A DNA stretch of 64,000 bases from assembly GCF_009914755.1 (NCBI RefSeq), contig NC_060933.1, one strand, 5' to 3'. The notes under the pieces are model-generated. The model ran no database searches. It saw only the letters and a program-made list of their open reading frames with translations, and was not told the origin of the DNA. The position numbers and the translations under genes are program-made. The first letter of the stretch is position 1. Each line of letters starts with the position of its first letter. Below, one piece after another: positions 17,565-29,075 of the stretch. The stretch is from the human T2T-CHM13v2.0 reference genome, Homo sapiens.

Positions 17565-17875
17565 TTTTTTTTTTTTTTTTTTTTTTTTTTTTGAGAGACG
17601 GAGTCTCACTCTGTAGCCCAGGCTGGAGTGCAGTGGTGCGATCTCCACTCACTGCAAGCTCCACCTCCCAGGTTCATGCCATTCTCCTGCTTCAGCCTCC
17701 TGAGTAGCTGGGACTACAGGCGCCTGCCACCACACCCGGCTAATTTTTTGTATTTTTAGTAGAGTTGGGGTTTCACTGTGTTAGCCAAGATGGTTTCAAT
17801 CTCCTGACCTTGTGATCCACCCGCTTCGGCCTCCCAAAGTGCTGGGATTGCAGGCGTGAGCCACCGTGCCTGGCC
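17565..17875 (-). mobile_element. AluY
   Basis: Long poly(T); GCAAGCTCC...GTTCATGCCATTC; GTGTTAGCCAAGATGG. Confidence 0.93.
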
Positions 17876-17929
17876 ACAGTTCAGCTTTTAACAGGACCTG
17901 TGGAATATTCTTAGTAGGGAGCCAGTAGA

Positions 17930-18135
17930 GCTACCTGGTTAAATGCATGGGCCCAAGAGCCATATTACTTGGGTTGGAATCTTGAATTATTGTTCTTAGG
18001 CAAATTAATTGATCTCTCCATCCCTTAGTTTCCTCACCTGTGAAATGATAATAATAGTTTTACAGCATGTTTTGAGGGGTTAATAATATTTATAAAATGT
18101 TCAAAACACTGCCTGATACACAGCAGCTGTACAAG
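17930..18135 (+). mobile_element. MIR
   Basis: GGTTAAATGCATGGGC...CTTAGTTTCCTCACCTGTGAAATG ATAATAATAG core. Confidence 0.7.
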
Positions 18136-18295
18136 AGAGCTTTTTTTTTTTTTAATTATCATCACTGTTGGCAGAGTAGTAGCAACTCTGAAGTTGAGTC
18201 CACCCTGGTCTCAGGTGGGCACTGGCCAGTGAATATGTGGCCTGAATGTCTGTCCTCAGCATTCCCACTGCAATCATAAAGCAGATCACTTATAA

Positions 18296-18668
18296 CAGTG
18301 GTCTTTAGCCTTGCTGCAGACTAGATTCATCTGAGAGTTTTAAAAAATTCCAATGTCCAGACTGCTTCCTAGACCAACTAAACTGGAATCCGAGGAGGCA
18401 GTACTCAGACATCAGTGGGTGTTTTTAAAGCTTCCTTGTAATTCCAACACATGGCCAAGACGGTAAATCATTGCCCTAATTTCTTTCATCCTTAGGGAAA
18501 CTGGGGAATTGAGCTTAACGAATGGTTATATATAACTTCACTCTCATCAATAACATTGCCATTAACTATGAACTTGTAGCTTCTTAGGTCCTGTCCCAGA
18601 TCTACTGCAGATTCTGCGGTTTAACAAATGCCCAGGAGATTTGTATGCATATTAAAGTTTGGGAATTC
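18296..18668. mobile_element. Two MER5-family relics (about 18296-18474 and 18560-18668)
   Basis: CAGTGGTCTTTAGCCTTGCTGCAGACTAGATTCATCTG...; CCCAGATCTACTG...TTTAACAAATGCCCAGGAGATT...TAAAGTTTGGGAA. Confidence 0.6.
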
Positions 18669-19232
18669 TGGGAAGTTCTTTGGTATTCATGGGTTCTCTG
18701 AGGTTAAACAGAAAAAATTCAGGTCCTTTCCTTCCACTGGAGAGGTCCAGATGATGGTTATTGACATCCTGTGCAATGGAAATGTTTTAGTGGTGTGTTA
18801 CGTTTTTGAAGGTAATAAGATATGTAAGCTGCGGGAGGTAAAAAGGCCACTGAATGTAGAGTTAGGACACTCAACCAGAGGTCTCAAAACTGTCTGAAGT
18901 AGCTCAGTGATATTGGGCAAGCCACTTAAGTTTCTGAGCCTCTGCTTCTTCAAACATCTGTTAATACCTGCTAGAGACTAGAACCTGCTCTAGGCGCTGT
19001 GTACAAAACAAACAAAAACTACACACACACTCAAGCCACAGCAAATAAGGTTGTTAAGGACTTTACAACAGTTATAAATGATTGTTATACATAATAGAAA
19101 GACAAAGTAAAAGGACTTTAGAAACCAAAAGGAGAGAGATGACTTCTGCCTGGCCTTCACAAAGGATGTGAACTTGGATTCTATATTAATGAGGAGATGG
19201 TTTTCAGCAACAGTGAAAATTACATGAGTGAG

Positions 19233-19970
<738 letters not shown>

Positions 19971-21299
19971 CTATTCAAGGATTAGTTTTTGGTTAAAATT
20001 CAGATCACTCCAGCAAACACTACGGGAGATGGCCACATAGCCTTGAGGAATTTACAATTTGAGGAAAAAATAGGTGCATACACAAATCATTTCTTAAGTC
20101 ATAAATATTTTATTTTTGTGATATATCTGTACTTACTGAGGAACTGATCTGTTTCAGACACTTCGGCATAGCACAGAGGATCTAAGATAAATAAAATGCC
20201 ATCCTGATTTAATGCATGAGATTCCCACCTGGCTTCCACTTCCGTGGCTCACCAGGTAATTTGAGGCTCTCCTTCCCTCCATGTAGGGAGCCCGGGTGTG
20301 ATATGGACGCCCTGGCATGCAGAATGTCAGGATCATGCATATCATCTCCCACCAGATAATTCCTGAATAAAAGTCATAATTATTACAATGAGAACATTAG
20401 ATTCTGTGGGTTTGTTTCCTATGTTAATGCATTGGAAACTGATAGATGCCTGGACAATAGGTTGAAAGGGGTTTGTTGAAATAAATCAAAACTTTTAGCT
20501 TGCTCTGATCCTCCTTTCATTTTGAAATAATTTTATGCTCTTTCAGTTGTATGTAGTCTTAAGTTTTTCTGCTCAAAAGTGATCTGTGAAATAGATATCA
20601 ATATTAAAAATTATAATTGGTGATAAGGAATGTAATTTCAACTGAATTAAATAAGATTATTTAAGAGGGAGAAATTAGAGAAGTGACTGAACGTTGACTA
20701 AAAATGAGGGTCTCCCAGCAAATGGGAAAATCTGGTCTAGTTATCACCAGGGCACTGTGACTGCACATTTGTTCCCTAAGGCGAGGCATTTTATTTGTAC
20801 CACGAGTGATTTAATCACCACAACTCTAACGGCACTGTTTCACATGTTGCATTTCCTAATGCAGTTTTATTAAATTGGATACAAGGGAAAACTTCATATT
20901 TAGTTATGATGATGATGAACTGTAAAGAGAAGACAATATATTTGTTTTAATGAATTCCCATGAATAAAAACAAAAAAAATCAATCTATATTCTTTCTTAA
21001 CTTTTAAAATTTGAAATTTCAGTGTTACTAAAGGAAAGACATAATTTGTATCTCCCTGGGATATTTGTTAATAGGAGAGGGTGGGTGGAAGGAAGTGTGA
21101 CCCAAAACAGTATAAATCTATCTTAGTTACTCTTCGTAAAATTGCCATTTTTCTCCATATTATTCCCCCTGTTGGAAATGACTCGTGGCTTCGCAGTGTT
21201 TACATGATACAGCATGAACTTCTCGGTCTGGCATCTGAGACTCATCTTTCCTGTCTTGTCTCCAGGACTTAACACAAGAGTGTTCCTTTCTGGAGACAG

Positions 21300-21540
21300 A
21301 GCTGGCTCACTGACGTCTTTCATTTTCTGATGTTCTTACGCCGTGTTTCCTACCCTGGACGCACAGTCCGGTCATGCCACGGGGCTGAGATGTGGTGGAG
21401 GTGCTGCTTGCATGGGCGGGGGTTGAGTCAGATCACACCTGGAGGAACATCACCCAGGTGCTGCCTGCTAGATGGAGCAGGGGGCCGTGGCTGGTGGGAA
21501 CGGAAGTTGCTGCCGCCAGGAAAGAACTTCCCTGAATCTG
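21300..21540. promoter_or_regulatory. Candidate enhancer: CpG-enriched motif cluster
   Basis: TGACGTCT 21311-21318, TGTGGT 21391-21396, GGGCGGGG from 21414, AP-1 TGAGTCA 21424-21430, ETS ACGGAAGT 21500-21507, TTCCCTGAA 21528-21536; motif evidence only. Confidence 0.35.
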
Positions 21541-21653
21541 AGGAATGAGGGAACACCCATGTAATAATAAACAGCTGCTTAGCATGTGACTTACAGAAAG
21601 TAGTGTCCAGAGAAACTATATTTTTTGTTTGGCTTTCAAGCCCAAGTCCGAGA

Positions 21654-21921
21654 TGTCCTATAAGCAGCATTCCCAGCCTCAGCATCATTGATGTTTTAGG
21701 TTGGATAATTGTGCTGGGAGGTCCTGTGCATTGTAGGATGTTTGTCCTATAAGCAGCATTCCCAGCCTCAGTGTCGTTGATATTTTCAGTTGGATAATTG
21801 TGCTGGGAGGTCCTGTGCGTTGTAGGATGTTTGTCCTATGAGCAGCATCCCCCAGCCTCGGTGTCGTTGATATTTTAGGTTGGATAATTGTGCTGGGGGG
21901 TCCTGTGCATTGTAGGATGTT
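21654..21921 (+). repeat. 3 x 89-bp tandem repeat made of the MER20 5' end plus flank
   Basis: Units start at 21654, 21743 and 21832 (TGTCCTAT(A/G)AGCAGCAT...TGTAGGATGTT). Confidence 0.95.
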
Positions 21922-22042
21922 TTGCAGCACCCCTCACCTCTACTCAGATGCCAGGAGCGACACTCCTTCCTTCAAGGTGTGGCAACCCAAACATTACTCC
22001 ATGTTCCCAAGGAGGCAAATCACCCCTGGTCGGGAACCGCTG
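21665..22042 (+). mobile_element. MER20 (hAT-Charlie) with triplicated 5' part
   Basis: GGATAATT...GTCCTGTGCATTGTAGGATGTTT..GCAGCA...CTCTAC...AGATGCCAG...CAAATCACCCCTGGTCGGGAACCGCTG. Confidence 0.85.
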
Positions 22043-23677
22043 CTGTACACCAATTTTCTTCAACTCACATGATCATAGGTAATTCTAGAATTATGTTTTC
22101 ACATGGGCATAGGTAATTCTAGAATTATGTCTTCTTTCTTCAAGATTTTCTAACAAACAATTGCATCTTGTTCTTCATCACACTGAACTGTGAGTGGACC
22201 TTGACATGTCCAGACCTTCCCTGCTCCTTGGAACTGACAACCTCATGGAACTCACTAGACTCAGAGGCCCAAGGCAGTTGGCCTGGGGAACAGTGTCCAA
22301 CTCTTCCCCTCCCTCCTGTAGGAAAGGGAAGGAGATAAATGAGCTGGATGTAGAAGTCAGCAGATTTACACTATCTCTGGGAGAGGGACTCTGTGTTAAT
22401 TCATTGGAAAAATGAGTTAGTGCCTTTTGTGCAAGGAGCGGTGGCAAGGCCTGTGCTTAGAATACATCACAGCCTTACTGTGACACAATGGCTAAGACAC
22501 AATACATTTTGCCCCCATATCAATGACTTTGTCATCCTTATGAAATATGCCTGTCAATGGTACTTAACTGGATGGCCATGAGATATTGTTCCCTAAGATC
22601 TCTGTAGAATGTACTGACTTACATGGACATTAAATTGCTCTGCCAGACTTGCTCTCAAGATTCTCATATGACTACATGACACGCTTTTATGGAGTTTGTC
22701 ATCAAAGCAGTGGGCCATTCTGTTGTTATTCATCCAACTTCAGTTTCCTTCTCATTATTCTTTTATGAGACTTCACGATTGATGCTTATTGGAATACATT
22801 TTGGCTGAATTTCTTTTCCATATGTTTCACTTGCTCATTGAGAAGAAACATCATATATTGTTTTTATAGCCTATAATGCACCATTTATATTTAATATTTT
22901 TATAATTAAAATATTCATTGAAGCATTTAAAATTCTGACTTAGTCATCATGTTTTTAAAGAGTGTAAATGTAGTAAGATCTGTGGTTCAGTATAGACACC
23001 CTATATTTCTCACTCGTCTGTTGGATCCATGCTGATTTTTCAAAGGGAGGGTTTCTTTTTCTTTCCAAATAAAATTCGGTTAGGTGCTAAATTGTTGTAA
23101 ACATCTTTCTTTTGTGAAGCTCAAATCTGCCTTCTGAAATTATTCTCTGGTCCATTCTGTTATTCTCTTTTAATGCAGTGACACACAGATATGCTTTCTT
23201 CCTCCATTTGAGCATCCCACAATTATTCAAAGCCAGCTCTTAGGTCACTGCTCAATTTCAGATCTTCACTTGTATCTAATACCTCTGGTTTCTTCAACTA
23301 TTCCTTAGGTTAAATGATATTCAGATGCCCAACTCTGCCTGCTGAAATCACACCAATTCTCCCAGATGCAGTGAAAATGCTGGTCATCTCCTCCATGGGC
23401 TCCTCCCTGGTCCCCACAGCCAGAATTCTTCTCTTTTTCTCTGTGTTCCCACAGGGACTTGTACTTGGTTATAATCTTGGCCATGTTCTCCCTGTGTGCT
23501 CTGTGTACCTGTCCGCTCTCCCCTCCCAGTCATGCCCTATGGCTCCACTGTGCAAGGGGACCTTTGTTTCCAGAGTAACATCGATACAGTTGACTTATTC
23601 TCTGGAAATAGCAAATTCATGAGTCAATGAGAGGACAGAAGTAGAGCAGGATAAGCATATACTATGTGCCGAATAGA

Positions 23678-24460
23678 TTTTTTAAAATAAGCTTTTAGCT
23701 TGTAGAATAGTTTTAGGTTTACAGAAAAGTTGTAAAGATAGTACAGAGAGTATGCATCTACCCTGTACCTGTTTTCCTATTTTATTATCTGATATTGGCA
23801 TGGTACATTTGCCGTAATTAATGATCCAACATTGAAACATCATCGAAGTCTATACTTTATTCAGATTTCCTTAGTTTTTACCTAATGTCCTTTTTCTGCT
23901 CCAAGATCTTTTCCAGGATTCTTCCTTACATTTAAGACTCCTCTTGCTGTGGTTCTCAGACATTCTTTGGTTTTGATGACTGTCATGTTTTGAGGAGTAC
24001 TGGTCAGGAATTTTGTAGGACACCCCTCTATTGGAATGTGTCTGAGGTTTTTCTCATTATTAGATAAGTGTTATGGATTTTGGGGAGGAAGACCTCGGGG
24101 TAAAGCATCATTCTCATCCCATCACTTAACAGGGTCACACTGTCAACAGGACTTCAGCACTATGGATGGTAACCTTAGTGATATTAACCTGGCTGATACG
24201 GCATTGGCAGATTTCTCCCCTATAACGTTACTGTTTTTTCCCCTTTCCTTACTGTGCTTTCAGAAGGAAGTTATTTTGAAGAACTCACCCTTAAGGAGTG
24301 GGAATTATGCTTGTCCTTCTTGAGGGTGCACATCTATACAAACCATTTGTGATTCTTCTGAATGGAACACTTTCCTGTTCTCCTCCATTTATTTATTTAC
24401 TCAATCATTTATTTATATCAGTATGGACTTACAGATATTTATCTTATACTTTGTCTTATC
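23678..24460 (-). mobile_element. L1MC4-like 3' end
   Basis: GTTTTAGGTTTACAGAAAAGTTGTAAAGATAGTACAGAGAG...CTTTATTCAGATTTCCTTAGTTTTTACCTAATGTCC. Confidence 0.75.
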
Positions 24461-24613
24461 AAATAGATTTTTGTTAAGTTGAATTGTTGAGTTGGTTTTC
24501 CTATTCAACATCCTCTCTAGATTTGTGAGGAGTTTACCCAAATCTCTACAACTGCTTCAAACTCACAGGAAAAAAATTATACTGATATTTCATCAGTTCG
24601 AAAGAGGAAGATA

Positions 24614-24998
24614 AATATATATATGTATACATATATGTATATGTATACACATATGTGTGTATATATGTATATGTATACACATATGTGTGTATATATGTAT
24701 ATATACACACATATGTATACATGTATATACACATATATATGTATATACATATATGTTTACATATATACATATATGTATACATACATATACACGTGTATGT
24801 ATACACACATGTGCACGTGTATGTATACATACATGTGCACGTATATGTATACATACATGTACACGTATATACATATATATGTATATACATATATACACAT
24901 ACATATGTATATACGTATACATATATGTATACGTATATACACACACATATATATACACATATATACATATATACACACACATATATATATACACATAT
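24614..24998. repeat. Compound (TA)/(CA)/(TG) alternating purine-pyrimidine repeat with 30-bp and 24-bp higher-order units
   Basis: ATATATGTATATGTATACACATATGTGTGT at 24631 and 24661; CACGT(G/A)TATGTATACA(C/T)ACATGT(G/A) three times from 24790. Confidence 0.97.
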
Positions 24999-25244
24999 AG
25001 GAGCAGGGGAGAACAGAGGGAGCGTCAGGGACTATCGATAATTCTGTAGTGCCTGTCATACCTTACAAACTTTATGAAGCCACACACACACACAGAGACA
25101 TATGTATGTGTGTGTATATATATGTCTTTATGAAGACACATATGTCTCTGTGTGTGTGTGTGGCTTCATAAAGTTTGTAAGGTATGACAGGCACTACAGA
25201 ATTATCGATAGTCCCTGACGCTCCCTCTGTTCTCCCCTGCTCCT
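24999..25244. repeat. Perfect 107-bp inverted repeat with a 32-bp spacer
   Basis: 24999-25105 is the exact reverse complement of 25138-25244. Confidence 0.97.
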
Positions 25245-25342
25245 CCCCTGCTCAGCGAGTCAGAACTCCCAAATTCAGCTCCCTTGGGCAAAGATTCTGG
25301 ATTTCTTATTCCTAAATATTGACGTTAAATTATGTCCTAGAT

Positions 25343-25690
<348 letters not shown>

Positions 25691-25923
25691 TCATTGAAAA
25701 ATTCAGACTACAAAGCATTTTACTAGGATTTTTTTTTTTTTTTAACGTGCGTTACAGCTCTAAATCCTTAGATATCTTCAGGTGCTGTTTGGTAAAATGT
25801 TGAGAAAAAACAGTTGTTGAGCTCCAGGTCTTCTGCAGTGCTTCTGGGCAGCTTAATCCCTCTAATCTCTGCTCTTGCTCTCTCTCCTTGATTCCAGTGA
25901 CTCTCCTATTTGGCTGCTTGTTA

Positions 25924-26212
25924 TAGGATTTGCAGATAAAATGCTGTAATCCTATGTAAACTAAATTTCAGATAAATAATAAATAATATTTTTAGTATAA
26001 ATATGTCCCAAATAGTGCAAGGGATATACTTCTGTGGTCTTCCTTCCCAAAGCATATAAGCATAGTGTAATTATGAGAAAAACATCTAAACCTGGGAAAA
26101 ACTGAAATAGTGCACAGGATATACTTGTACAAAAAATTACTTGTTTTGTTCATTTGAAATTCAAATTTAGCTTGGCATTCTGTTTTCTTCTTTACTAAAT
26201 ATGGCAACCCTA
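25924..26212. mobile_element. MER53 palindromic MITE with a central insertion
   Basis: TAGGATTTGCAGATAAAAT...AATTTCAGATAAA...TAGTATAAATATGTCCCAAATA / ...TGAAATTCAAATTTA...CTAAATATGGCAACCCTA. Confidence 0.8.
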
Positions 26213-26234
26213 CATGCATTATTTGGTAAGATGA

Positions 26235-26360
26235 AAAAAATATATCGGTGTCTGGATCCCTCCACCAGAGATTCTGATTTAATTGGTGCAGCCTGGGATC
26301 AGAATGCTGAAAGAGCTCCCCAGGTGTTTCCAATGTGCAGCCGAGGTTGAGAATCATTGC
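26235..26360. mobile_element. MER5 relic
   Basis: CCAGAGATTCTGATTTAATTGGT...CTCCCCAGGTGTTTCCAATGTGCAGCCGAGGTTGAGAATCATTG. Confidence 0.8.
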
Positions 26361-28779
26361 TGGACCAGCAATATCTAATTGGACAGGCATTTGTGATTAA
26401 TGCAAGCCAAGAACTAGGGCTGAAAGCCCAGCAGGTGAAAAAGATACGCAGGCTTGGAAGCCAATAAAACTATGACCAGGTGAGCATTAGTGGCTGGATG
26501 AACATGGCCCACTGAGCCCTGAGCATCAACAATGCCAGAAAGGGTGATGAGGCAAAGGACGGCACTGCCATTCCTCCCCTTGGTGTGCCATCACTGAACT
26601 TCTGAAACACATGAACGCTCTCTGCAGACCTCATGTTTGGTGCCTGGGGCTTCCTGCACTGTGCTTCCCACCTGCCTAGATTCTCAAAAATGGCCAGTCA
26701 CCATGACCAGCTCCCAGATTCCCACTGCACAGGTGCCCGTCACATCACTCCAGACTCCTTAGACTCCTCCAAGAATCCCTGAGCATTGCTGTGTAACCTG
26801 AGTACCTGCCCAGGTTGTTTCAGTCAATGGCTGGAACTTCCACGTTCAGTCTGACCCTACCATGGTTTCTCTAGCGTTTTGTGCTGCCCTGGTTCCTGCA
26901 GGAACCCTGGTTGGCACCTGCGCAAGTTGGTTTTGTATTGTCTCCTGGTTGGCTGCAGGTACATAGTTCTGGAGTTGGGATTATCTGGGTCTGGAAGGGC
27001 TGCGCCAGCCTGGCCTGCATCTGAGTTCTGCTCCGTGGGGGATAACTACCTTTTGTCCCAATATGCAGAGTGAGTACCTGGGAGCCTAGACAAGGAACGG
27101 CTAGGAATTTTGTTTTTGCACCACATATATCATGGACGGATTAAAGGCTTCAAGAAGAAATTAATCAGTAAGTGAATAGACAGCTGCACTAGAGGCAAGG
27201 CACTGTCCTGGCAGCTGCAGGGACCTTGCAGTGGAGCTGTGGTCCATTGCCTTCAAGTGCTCATGAGCTAGATGAGCAGCTGAGCCCTAAATGGGAAAAG
27301 CTAAATAACAACATGCCAGATAAACAGTAATAAGATTCTAAAGAGTGATGCTGTAGTGAGGAGCAATAAGCCCTCCACCAGCTGGATTTAACTTCAGATT
27401 TATGAATAACTGGTTTATTTGTAGGAGTAAACTTTCACAATGTGTGGCTGATGAATGACGGGGCTGGTTGGTGTGTTTATAGTGCCAGTTTTGTCAGTGT
27501 GGAAGTCCCTGATTTATTAGCATTTTGTATAAAATCTGGAACACATTTCCCCAGTGAAAGGATGTAATAAATAGTTGTTAAGCATCAGAAACCTGCTTAT
27601 CCAACATATATCCAACATATATCTGAAATACAGTAAATTTTCTACTTTATTGCCAGGAATTGAGGATGGTGAATCGCAAATCACTTAGCGGCAGTCTTAG
27701 TTCATGGAATAGAATACCTCCTCCGTCATATTCCCTGTCTTGGAACCACCTTCTGTCTTTCCCACCGAAAGAGAGATGTTCTTTTCTCTTCTCTCCCATA
27801 TGTAGGCAGAAACAAGGTGTCTTTCTTCTTGATTTTTCCCCACTAGCCAAAGTTTAAGCAGGAGTTTCTGGTCTTCTCCCCTGCCTGACGTGCAAAAGGG
27901 TCCATTGGACAGATGGGGAAAGGCCAGGGCTTGGAATGGGGATTTTTTGAGGGAGCTCATGGGGAGGTTGGGAGTGGGGGAATGGGGCTCACTTCAACAT
28001 GGTAGTGTCAAAAAAATTGAAGGTTAAGAAGAAGAAAACGGGTGTATGATGAGTGAGGAAGCAGCCTCACAGGGCCCAACTTGAGATGAAAATAACCCAA
28101 AGAGATGTGGGCTGGAGTGATCTACATTCATTCAACTACATTTCTGCAGGGATGCACACAAGCACAGACACTGCACTACTGCAAGAGGGCTAACTCCAGG
28201 GCGGCGACTCCAAGTCATTCTCATTTACAGCAAAAATGACATCATGGGAGAGCAGAATCCAAGCTCAGTTTTCTCTCTGTTTCTTTGGATTTACAGCCAC
28301 AATTTTCCCTGGGATCAAATAGTCTTCTCAATGCCTCTCTAGAATCTGACTGTCCAGCAGTGTCCATCTTTGTGTGTAGCTTTGTGCTCCCAAGCACAGA
28401 CAAAACCATAAATGTAGCCCACAGAGGGAGTTGTCCCGCTCCCCACCCACCCCTGCCCCGACATATGTCTTAGCTTTTGGTGGTGGTATTTAAAAGTTAG
28501 CTATTTTCTCTGACTTGATATAGGCCATATTTTATATCAAACTGGACAAACTTATTTGCCAGTGGGTATATCACCTTCTCTCCTCCCAGTTTTCATGTGG
28601 GTTGCTTTGTATTTCACTACTCTTTGTTAACTTTTCTTACAACCCAGCTCCTTTCCTAACATTTACTAACCACTTATATTTATTTTTTCCTGTGTCACTG
28701 AGTCTGATAGGATCTAGGGCAAGGACACTCAATGTTGTCAATGATCTCTCCTGAGCTCCAGGAAAAGGTGAGCTGAGAG

Positions 28780-29075
28780 ATTTTTTTGTTTTTTTTTGAG
28801 ACGGAGTCTCACTCTGTCGCCCAGGCTGGAGTGCAGTGGTGCGATCTTGGCTCACTGCAAGCTCCGCCTCCTAGGTTCATGCCATTCTCCTGCCTCAGCC
28901 TCCTGAGTAGCTGGGACTACAGGCGCCTGCCACTACGCCCGGCTAATTTTTTGTATTTTTTAGTAGAGACGGGGTTTCACCTTGTCCAGGATGGTCTCGA
29001 TCTCCTGACCTCATGATCCACCCGCCTCGGCCTCCCAAAGTGTGGGATTACAGGTGTGAGCCACTGTGCCCAGCC
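28780..29075 (-). mobile_element. AluY
   Basis: Antisense dimer with Y diagnostics. Confidence 0.93.

Noticed and set aside
21654-21921. Regularly spaced repeats suggesting a CRISPR-like array
   Set aside because: Contiguous tandem units without unique spacers, MER20-derived, primate DNA
22660-23330. Possible L3/CR1 fragments
   Set aside because: Similarity too degenerate to call by eye
24546-25059. Six overlapping Y/T/H/I/C/V/M-rich ORFs
   Set aside because: Stop-free dinucleotide repeat
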